DNA of 44,438 nt from a virus (Duplodnaviria; Caudoviricetes), in IMG/VR virus record IMGVR_UViG_3300038675_000512, positions 1 through 44,438 of that record. The stretch is one strand, 5' to 3'. Positions 10,101-22,100 of the stretch are shown piece by piece. A program made the position numbers and the translations under genes. The stretch's first letter is position 1; every line of letters begins with the position of its first letter. Under the pieces are notes generated by a model. It searched no databases. It was not told where the DNA came from and saw only the letters and a list, made by a program, of their open reading frames with translations.

Positions 10101-13100
10101 ATGATGCTGATGCCTCTATTGATGGTAAACTTCCCGAATTAAATAGTATTAATGGTTATGCTGAATGGGCTGGCAATGCTGACAAGAATGCCGTAAAAGA
10201 AGTCGAAAAACTTTATAATCGCTATCGTGCGTTTAACAATGAAAACAGGTATGATGAGATAGCCTCATTAAATAAATTGAACAATGCAAAAGTATCTACC
10301 TCTCCAGTATATAATGAGGAGGCGGAATATAAGTTCAAGCTTGCAGAAGAAATCGCCTCTCTCAGTACCGGTAAGACTATCACAGATGCTTATAACCTGT
10401 TAATTGAGGAGACACAGAAACAGCTTGATGAGTCTTTGGCTTATGTGACCGCTATTAAGGATGGTGTTGATCCTTATACTTTAGAACAGCGAAACATTCA
10501 AGAAGATAAAAATATTATAGACTCATACATGTCTATAATTAATGAACTTAAGACTGCCAAGGTTATCTCTGAACGTCTTCATGGCCAGGATAATTTCAAT
10601 AAACATTCAAGTGCTGATGAGCAAGAGTTTGTAGAGAATATGGCTACTGGTTCAATAGGTGAAGGGTTTAATTCAACCCTTTCAAATATTGAGGAGAAGT
10701 ATGATGAGTTTAAGCGTAAATCCGGATTAGATGCTTTAAGTTCAGCTAGAAAAAGTATTTTGACTGGCATGCTCATACATGCTCATCAAGCAAAGACCCT
10801 TCTATGGATGGAGAGCCTTGGATTGGAGATAGGCACATTCATTACTGCTGAGCAGAAAGAGGCTCTCACACGTCTTGTCGTCACCGAGGAGATTATGAAG
10901 AATGAGGGCGAACTTACTGATGCAGAACGTAAGATATTTGATAATGGTCGTAAGGCTATTGTAGATGTTATGACTGTTCTTCATAAGCATAAAGATAAGC
11001 TCTTTGGCAACAGTAAGAATAGTGATAAGCTTTATGAACCCATACGTCTTTTGGCTGAAAACATCGCTAAGACATCCACATCGGATGAGATACGTCTACC
11101 ATTAAGCTTTAATAGTCACGATGGTAAGTTCACCTCTGTTCGTCTGAAAGAGGAGAACCATGCTACAAAGAAAATGGAGCCGAAGATTGTGTCTGATGTT
11201 AATGAGTTGCGGTATGTCAGTTCACAGCTTACACCTATTGAAGCTACTCAATCCGCTGATAACAAGGTGAAGATGGAGGCCATTGTTCATTACGTCAATC
11301 TTCTTGTTCAGCTTGATGGTGCTCTTAGTGCACAACAAATCATGTCTAAGAGGAAGTTGTTGTATGATCCATTAAAGAATTATAACGTTGATGTGTCTAC
11401 TTATGAGCAGGAAGTTGTTGAAGATTCGATTATTGCTTTTGAGTCCGGATCACGTGTTCTCAGTCAGATAGAAGCTTTCAGTTATAAGGCTATTGCTGCC
11501 AACAATAAGAAGCCCTTGTCGTCCACAGCGATGATCCCTAACGCCATCATAATCCCTGGTGATTATGGTACAGGTAAAACGAAGCAGGTTATCTACAATG
11601 CGCTTAAAATACTTGAATTATCGAAAGCACATAAGGGTGGGGCTGTATACTTTTTCTCTCCTAGTGAAAAGCTACGTAATGATATGCAGAAGCTCTTCAA
11701 TCCGGATGGAAAGAAGGTTGATAAGTTTAATATCACAAGCAAGATAGAAACGCTTGATGGCTTAGATCTTACTAAAAACCAGACCTGGATAGTTGATGAG
11801 GGGTCACTACTCACAGAGAAAACACGGCAGGCTCTTGTAGATGCTTCTCAAAAAAGCAAGGGTAAGTTGCGTATAATCATCATGGCCGACATGAATCAGA
11901 TGCGGCCAAAGAATGATAAAGGTGGCTATCCTTCTATCATGGAGCGTGCACCTAAGACAGCCATGCTTAGTGAACAATGGAGTACTGCATCACAAATGAT
12001 TAAGAAGCATACAGACTTTTGGAAGAGACAAATCAATACTAATAGAGCCATGAATAGCACTATTAGTATTATTTCACTTCCAATGACTTATCATAAAGAG
12101 GTCGATGGTGTTCTCAAAGGTGTTCAGTATTTCAGTAGTAGCAATGATGTCTACACAGCCTTCAATGCGTCAAAGAATGAAAGCAAAGCTTTGGTATTTT
12201 ATGATATCAACGACTTGAAAGCCTTTTCTGCTAATAATCCTGGTATGCAGGATATTATCAATAAGGGTATGGCATTTGTCCTTCTTCCTGATGGTGCTGA
12301 TGAAAGGCATATCATACAAGGTCTTAGAGCCGAAGAGGTCTATATCATGACCTATTATGGTGATATGAAGGAGATAGGTATGTCCAGAGCCTCTACGGCT
12401 ATGTATACCGCTATTGGTCGTTCATCGGGTTATGTTGGCATTAATATGTCTGACCAGGCTAAAACATATACTGAGACTGATCCTTTAAAGATGAGTGCCA
12501 CAAGTGTTGGTGATGAAGCTTCAACGATACGTATCCTCAATGAGAAACGTGAGAATCTACGCAAAGAAATAGCGCGTAATCAAGAATTTGTCCTTGGTGA
12601 TGAGTATATAAAGCCAAGTATTTCTGAGAAACCGGAGATGCCTGACGATAGAGATGAGCTTATCACTACCACTGGCAGTATCGTTATCAATGATGGCCAG
12701 AATAATATCAATCTTTCATATCACACTACCCGTGTGCAAGAGGAAGATGAGTATGATGAGTACCTATTCAAGCTTAATGGTACCGATATAGGGCTTACAT
12801 CATTGCGTGTTAATGCAACAATGCAGGAGATCTCTGATGCAGCCACAAGATTGTATGCTGATTATACCAATCAAAAAGCACCAAAAACGAAAGTCAAAGA
12901 AGTTGCAACCCCATATGATGATCCTATTCTTGGTAAGACATATGGTACTGACCCGGATATTAACGCTATGGATAATCCGGAAACACCAGAGCAGGTACGC
13001 AAATCACAAGCTATTGCTTGGGAGAAAGGTAGTGGTCTTTATGGAACAACATATAATGTTATTGTTCCCGATGGTGTTGATCATAAAACGATGAATCTAC

Positions 13101-16100
13101 GTGAGGTAAGAGCCATGCATGCATTCCTTATACAAGAGAGAGAAAGGCTTGGATTAACTCTTTCCCTTAAATATCTACGCAAGGGTAATGCTATCAATAA
13201 GGATGGCAATATGCAAACCTATGATGATATGCTCCTTATCCGTGCGCAGACAGAGAGCTATAAAGCGCTTAAGAGTCGTATCAACGTAATCAAACTTAAC
13301 GACCTTAAAGATGGTTCAGTAAAGAATGTTATTAGGCGTTTGAAAGCAATCAAGAATATTGATGAATTTCAAAAGGCTTTTAATGCCTATACATACGTAT
13401 CAGCATTAGCCTTGCCTACACAAAGACCGGTGTTGGGTAAAGAGTCTCCAATGACTATATCTACTGCTGGTGGTAGAGATATCGATGAACAGACTATCAT
13501 TGATGGGTATGCTGCTTATGATGGACCCGAAAAAGCCATGGTTATAAACCAGCGTAATGCACAGATAGCCATATCACGCTTGCGTAATAGAGGGCGTGAA
13601 ATGCATGATAGCTCTCAAAATAATGAAATTACCATCGGCAATGTTGAGAATATAAGTAGCAGTCGTTCACGTGTTGAATATGGTAACACTCTCAAGCCTC
13701 TTGATGATGTGTTGGAGAATGGTGATGTCACTATTGATATCAGTCGTGGATTGACTGTTTATGATGATAAGGGGCGCTTCATGGTTTATGTAACTCATAG
13801 TCCATACAAGGATGCCAAGAGTAGTGGTGAAAGAGTTACCGTCTATGCTTCTAAGCTTGATCCAAATAAAGTTGCCAATCAAAAGAGTGAGGACTTGGAT
13901 GCCATAAATACAATATCCGATTACGATAAGCCTCTTAGTGGCGACCCGGTAGTAAAAAGAATCTATGGTAGTGCTATGGAGTTATTCATTAGCACGTATG
14001 CCTATCAGATATTACTGAACAACCGTAATATCATAAAAACTAAACTACCTGAATATTCGGATTATGTGGAGTTCAGTGGCAAATATGTCAATCCAGTAGG
14101 TAGCACACTGAAGGAGCAGAAGGATAACCTTGAAACGATTATCAATCTTATTTATGGTGACTGGGCGAAGTATCTACATACACCAATTATTATAAAAAAT
14201 AATATTCCTCAGTTAGGTCCAACATCGAGTTATAATACCTATGCTAAGCATGTTGGTTATCCTCATTACTACTTCACTATTGAAGGTGTAAGCTCTTCAG
14301 AAACAAATGTTGAGTCTGAAAGCAAGAGCAATAGAAAGAAAAGGGCTAGACCACAAGAATCTAGTGCTGATGCTTTTGATACTGATTTCACAACCGAAAA
14401 AGAGTCCAGTAAAGCTCTTAAACGTATGCTTGGTGGTCATTTCGCTAGTGATATGCTTGATATTCATGAAGGGATGATAAGCATTGACGGTATGCGTGCT
14501 ACCGGTCTTATGAAGGATGGGCGCATAATGTTAGCGTCTTTTGCTGGCCGTGTACGTATGTCCACACCCTACCATGAGACGTTCCATGTTGTGTGGAATT
14601 ACCTTCTGGATCCCGAAGCTAAGGTTCGTTATGAACAGGAAGCAAAAGAGAAAGCTTATGAGATGACAGGTAAACGTCTTGAAGGTATTGATCTTGAAGA
14701 GTGGATGGCTGGTGATGGATTTGCTAAGTATGCTATTGCAAGAGATAAAGCCAACAAAAAACCGACACTGTTTCAACGTTTCATGACATGGTTGAAGGAC
14801 CTTGTTGGATTCGCACATAAGAACGCTAAGACGCTTGAGGGATTGTATGACGATATCTATACTGGTCGCTATGCTAAAAAGGCCACACAGGCCACCTTTG
14901 GCACATCAGAGACGTTCTTTGAAGAGGCTGAGGATGTTGAAGAAGAGTATGAAGAGACTGATGATGAATTGTACGAGGAAAAGCAAGACCGTATAGATAG
15001 GTATAATACTTTAGTGCAATCATTGCCAACAATGAGGGATAATGTTATCCGTGCAGTAGATATTACTACGATGGCATTGCATGCGTATTCTCCATTAAGT
15101 AATGATCCAGCATTTGGAACAGAGACGATAAATGAGGCCATTGATCGTGTACGTAAAGAAAGTAAGGAGATTGAAGATGAATATGGCTCGATGCCTATTG
15201 TGGTCAAACGTGGTGGTGTCGATGTTGAAACAACCATCAAGGATGTTAAGCCAGAAGAGGTAGATAATATCTATGATAAAACCATTAGTGGTAGTACCGA
15301 GGAACAACGGAAAGAAGCACAAGCCAACTATCGTATGTGGTATCTAAACAGAAAGGATAATATTGATACTATCCTTGAACATATGATGCCTACATGGAAC
15401 GCAAAGAATAATACGTTTGGCAGGGGTAAGGTTGTACGTGATGCTTTTGACTGGACTAATGCTGACCCCATGAATGATGGTCTTAATGCTGCTATTCGTC
15501 TGCAGTTAAAGATGATCCCGGCCATGAAGGTATCAAAGGTGAATGGTAAGACTGTTCATTCATACAATATGGAAGATATGCGTATGGTTGATGAACGTGT
15601 CATGAACCAGGTCATGAAGGATGTTGGTACGGTAGCCTCTAAGATTTATGATGGCCGTAAGATTGATGATGGTTTTAGTCGGCTTGATGCTTTTAAGGAA
15701 GCTATTGAGGAAGTCATGAAAACATATGGTCGTCAATTGAATGATGATGGTACATATCGTAGTCGTTACACTGAGGCTCTTGCTGCTTTCAATGCAAAGT
15801 TCTTTAGTGGTAGTGATAGTTATTTCATTGATGAGTTCAATGATGGTAAGATGTATAGCCTTTATGACCTTGCCAGCAAGCATCTTAATGGCGAAAGAAA
15901 GCTTGATGAGAAAAGGGTTCAAGGCATTATAAACTTCCTTGTTGCTCTTGCGAATGTCAACTCGTCATATATCAAGAACAATAACTCAAAGGTTACTGTG
16001 AAGGGTAATGAGAAGATTGGGTTTACTTACACATTCACTGAGTATGGTAATAATATCTACGAGTCCACCCGTCAACGTATCAAGGATGAATTGAATACAA

Positions 16101-19100
16101 AGCTTACCGATGGGCTGTTTATTGATCGTAACAAGATCAAGCGTTTCCATGATAGGATTCATGTGTCTGATAAAGGAAATATCTCTATTGGAGGTGGCCG
16201 CATGGACACAGAGAGGGCTATTAAGTTTATCTCGATTGAAAAAGATAAGTATGTCTTTAATGTAGGCAATAGATTTGTTACTAGTGGTACTATGCTCACC
16301 AAACAAGAGGTTGATGAGATTATTGCCCATATCCATGAAATACAGAATGTCCTTGGTCTTGGAAATAAAGTGATAACGGATAATGTCCTACGTCAGTTTA
16401 TAGAAGCACAATCATGGGATGAACTTAAGGGTGCTCATACCGCTTCATTGAGTGGTGGCATACAAGGTGAAATGACCCCTCGTGAATTCATAGCAGCGTT
16501 CCTGGCTAACACTATCTATTCTTACCATGCGCAGAACAGCGTTTCTAAGGTTTCTATTGCTATTGGTGGTAAGAAATATGAAAAGCATGCCAGCCTTACT
16601 GATCATGTTCTCGAAGTTGAAGCATTCTTAGAATCACTTGACCATGATGATAGGAAGAATCAGATATACTTGAATAACAATGCTGTCACGCTTGATGAAT
16701 TAAAAGAGGGTATTGTCAAGGCAGCCTCCCCATTGAGTGAGAAGGTAAATGACTATGTCAAAAAACTTGGTGTACAGGGTATTTATAATTCATATTCATC
16801 TATTGATGGTGAGTCGATGACTTCCATGGGTTATCCATTCCCTATCCCATCACAGTTCTATACAGCTATTAACGCCATCGCTCATGAGGCAGCATCACAG
16901 GCTGGTCTTGCTACTGGTGTACAGGTCTTTAGGGCTGATGGTAAGCCACAGCATGTCTTGCAGCAAAAAAATAAGTTTAATGAGATGATTGACGGTGCTG
17001 GCCAACAGATTAAGGTAATCGCCAATAGCATTGGTGAGATGAAGCGTGTTGGCTTCAATGATTACTTGTCAGTCAGTAAGGAGGCTAAGAAGGTATCACC
17101 ATTTGTTTCATCATCGGGAGAAGTCCTATCCCCATATCTACTTAATCTTGTTGAGGGTAAGGAGAGTGAAAATGGAATGCATTTGAAGCATATTCAGGAT
17201 ATGTACGGTATGCGTCGTGACTATGGTGGCTTTACTCGTGGCACCGATGACCTTACCACTACGGATATGATGATCATGGGTATACAGGCATTTCTTAGTA
17301 ACCTTACGAAAAGTTCTTATCGTTACCAACGTATTACAACTCCTATAATGACTATTGCTGATACTGGTCGTATTTATCATATGACTCATCAGATGAATGG
17401 TAAGGCTATGTTTTATCTTTCTGGTAAGGGAAGAAACAAGATGATCCTAATCAATGAGGATGTCATTCTCAAACAGCTTGAACTAATAGCAAAAAAGGTT
17501 GACAGACGTGTTCAGCTTTCTTATGATGGTTTCATTGGCTTAATTAGTGAGCTTAACGATAAATTTGGCAGTGATGGTTTCATGATAGCATTGCCTATTA
17601 AGGGTAATCTTAAACAGACAAGGACACCATCAAGAGCTGGCTTTATCTCCAATGTGGACAAACAGATAGCTGCAGCCCTCAACGCTGTAAGTGCAGATGT
17701 CCGTCAAAAGATCATTGACTATGTTCAGCAGTCCAATCTTGATAAGACTAGCGTGGTTAAACTAATTGGTAATGATGGTTTTGGTATTGGTCATACAGCT
17801 GCTGATGCTATCCCTAACAAGTCAGCCGGAGAGAGCATATACAATTCATCCAACAGGAAGGCTATCATCAAGGCAGCAAATGATAGTAAGATGTCCAAAG
17901 AGCAAAAGTATAAGCTTATCGTTGATCTTTTCTTGAATGACTATAAGGCTACGGCCAAGTATATGGAGCAGCACAATGTTACTGACAGCCAACACCTGAA
18001 AGACATCCTTGCTCTTGGTACTACCAGTCAGCCGTTCTCTGGAAAAACGGTTAACGATGGTCTTTTTGCTTATTACCTTGCTTTCCATATCACGAATGAG
18101 GCGTTTTCAGACATCAACGGTGGTGTGGCTGACTATAGGGATCTCTATGACCGTGTTAAGCGCACAGGCGTCCTTAATACCCCCACTATTAACCTATCAA
18201 CAGATGTGACCATTGATGGAAATAATGTCGGTTCATTACCCAAGAAAGGTTATGCGATAACTATCAATGATGTTGAGTACAAAACCATTCTTGATGGAAA
18301 GAATGAAGAGGTTATGAAGAGAGGTACTGATGGGCAGTCGTTTATCAGTGGTCTGTGGCGTAAATTTTATGATATGTCTGCTGGTGGCAGAGATTATTCT
18401 GTTACTGGTAATGGAAGCATGATTAAAACGCTCTATATCCATCGTGACCCACTCCGTGGTGGTGTAAGTATTATCAAACATGCTGGAAAATTTATCACAC
18501 AGGATGATTTCATGAATAATAGGGCCTATTACAATATGCAAATGGATATGCTCGCTTCACAGGATAACCACCTCCCGGAAGGATTTAGCGAAAGGGAGGA
18601 TCTCATTGGTACTGAGCTAGAGAATTTCTCATGGCTTGATACCTTTGAAAGTCTTCTTGATAAAGGTCTTACTTTTGATGAAGCGATGAATGAGATGCAT
18701 CAGCTTGTTATTCGTTCACAAGAGTATGGTGAAGATGTCTATAATGCTCTTGTTGAAAGTATCTGTTACGGATTCAATACAGAAAATACACGTAAGGCAG
18801 GATTGAAAGCTATCAACAGGTACAACCCTCTTGATAATACCGGTAACCGTTATCCCGAAGGTGGTCTTGTGTCAGAGGATCTCTATTATGATTCTATGGG
18901 TATTATCCTATCAGCCGAACAGCCTCTCGATGATAGCAAGCCACAAGCACCATTCGCACAGCAGGAAGCATTCTTTGGCGTTTCTGGTGCTACTCTTACT
19001 GGCGAACTTCAACAAAAATGGGGTGACAATCCAGGTGTTGCTATAAGTAAGATCAAGAAGAAGATGTATGATATTGCTTCTAAGCAGTTGAGTGAGCGTA

Positions 19101-22100
19101 TAGGAAAGACTAATCTACCAGTTGAGGTCTCCGGTCTTGATTTTAGTTCTATCGACTGGTCACGTGATGATCTCGAGCAGCATTATGGTGATAAGCTTAA
19201 TAGGGCTGTTGCTCAGTATGACTGGTATGTAAGAACCAATACACGTAGAAGTCTTGACTTATCGCGTGTACCTGGTCAATTTGTTGAGATGCTTGGTAAG
19301 AATGGCGTTACATCACAGGCTCCACAGCTAAGGACACGCCTTATACAGAACATCCGTAAAGAGATCAATAAGAACCTTCTTAAGCAGGGATTCAAGGGTA
19401 TGCGTGTTGTTCAAGCAACAGGTATGTTCCATCAACTTTATTATCTTGAAGGTGATTCAATGGCATTCACTCGTGAAGATGCTATCAAGCATGTCTATGG
19501 AGATAAAGCACCTATTGGTGTTGAACGTTTCAGTCAAGCGGTGGAAGATAAATTACTTGAAACCTTCACTGTGCGTGGTCTTCGTGATATGAGTGTGCAG
19601 GATGGTAAAACAGTACCGGGTCAAATAATCATGCCATACATATATGCTGAAAAGTTTGGATTGAAAGAAGGTCAAAGCCTTCGTGACCTGTTCACGTTAT
19701 ACATTGGTGGTAAGGCCGTCAATATCCGTAATATGTCCAAGGGTGAATTGATTGGATTGATTGAAGATAATGGTATTAATGAAGCATTCTTCACATCTGT
19801 TCTTGCTCAAAAATACTACAAAGAGTATGGGTACGAAGGTACTGATGACATTTTACTTGATATGGCTGTGAAGATACATGAGTATGTACAGGCTGCCAAC
19901 GAAACGCTTACTACCTATGCCAACCGTGTACCTTCAAATAGGCTTGGTTCCGGTGCTATCATGGAAGTAGCTGCTATCCATTGGGGAGGCAATGAAGCAT
20001 TCATTCCTAATGGTATGGCTATCATGAATGACTCTGACTTTGATATTGACCAGTTGGCTACTTATTTCAAGGATCTATCTGCTTCTGGGATATTGAATGA
20101 TAGTGAGATATCGAAACTACAGTCTGAGATAATGGATGTTGTAAAAGATGTCTATATGAATCAAGGCACAGACAAGAATCTATTCCTTGAATCGGGTATC
20201 AATCATATCCGTAATGTTGCTGATGAGGGTAAAGAGAATGAGACCTATACGGATAATACCTTGGCCTCTATGTATAAGACCTATAATGATAACCGTGCAG
20301 GGGCAGAAGCTATTGGTATCCTTGCTAACACTCTTAGTGCTGTATCATGGTTACAGTCTATTGGTGATAACTTAGAAGGATCAATCATGGATGACAACAT
20401 TAGGAGCATTATCAGTGATAGAAAAGTTAAGGGTCGTAATTCAACAGTTGTTCGTCTTGGTGACTGGCTACAAGCAGCACTTGATAATAACAAGTACAAT
20501 ATCCTTGGCCGTTTCGGTGTTACTCCGGAAGTGGTTAATATCTTGGGTGTTTATGTTGCTGTTGGACCAAAGGCTGGTCAAGACATGAATGACTTCTTGC
20601 ATGAGATAAAGGACTTCTTCAATGATCCAGTCCTCAGTAGGCTTATCAACCAGGCAAGCATGGGTGAATCAGTCCATTATAGCAAGAAGGATAATAAGCT
20701 TTATGATCTTGTTGTTTCGACTATTGAAAAGATCAATAGTAAGAACTACCGTGATAATAAGGTGAGCGTTCAGAAGGCCAAGGATGATCTCTATGTTTAT
20801 GTCAAAGATCTTATCTTCAAGTATAATGAATTCGCCGAGGAGAATGATATGGAGCAGCTTTCTCCGGATGATTATGGCGTTGATCAATACATCCGTAGCG
20901 GTCTTATCTATAAGACGTATGCATCGGGTGATAAGGAAGTAGAAGAATATAAGAAGCTCCGTGAAACATTATATCTTGCTACTGAGGAGTTAGAAGATAA
21001 AGAGGCATTACCTAAGCTTGAGAAAATGAAGTCACTGATGATTACTGGTGATGCTCTTCGTTCATTAAGTGATATCATAACCCTGCGTAATGGTATACCT
21101 GGTAATGATAATAAGTTTGACTATTCACGTAAAAACATCGAGTTGGCTCTTGGTATGAGTGTAGCTAAATTTGGTCATTCTGGCCGTTCTCTAACCAATG
21201 ATAAGAACAATTTCGATAGGGTGCTTGATTATGCCAAAAATAACGATAATGAGATCCTTGAATATGAAGTTGATTCTGTAGAGTACAAGCGGTATGTTGA
21301 GCATCTTAAGGGTCGATTCGAAGCATTTGATCTGTATAAGGTTATACGCAGTATCCCAATGCTTGAGGTCTATCTTGAACAAATGGCAAGGGATATAAAC
21401 ATACATGGTGGTTTGTTCTTGTATGATAATCCAAATACTCTTTCTCTAGCTAAGGAGTTCCTTGACAAGGTCAGAAAGAACGATTTCCCTTATTCAAACA
21501 ATAAGGCGTTGTTCAATAAGGCCATAACGATGGTTGTCCTTGATCAGTGGTTTGCATCTTTATCTAAAAAAAGAAGGATTGTTTATATGGCGGCTCCTAT
21601 TGGTCAGAACATGCAGCTTGGATATGATAACCTATCACCATATAAGAGACTTGATATGGCTAAGGTTGAAGACAGACAAAAGTTATCACTTCAAATGTCT
21701 AACTTCATAACTTTCTTTGATGAAGAGTTCATCAGCCGTGAGCAAATGGAGATGTATTTTGAAAAGATGGTACCTCCTGGTGATCGCAATATCTATGAGG
21801 GTATATCAAATGCTTTCTATGATGCTGATAATAACTTTGTCGGGAATAAGTTTATCAATATGCTTCGCTCTATTGGTCGTGGTGAAAGGTTGTACGTCGG
21901 ATTGATGAGTGATACTGCTGGCATGACAGAGCAAGAACGATTGAAGCTTAAGAGTGAATTTGCCAGGTTGCCTATATCTATCCAGGATATATTCAGGTAT
22001 AACGAGATGATCGTTAATACCCTCAATTATCACAAGGGTAGCATATCAGATATCATGGGTCTGGATGCCTTCAAGTATGGTCTTAATGATATTTATGAGT

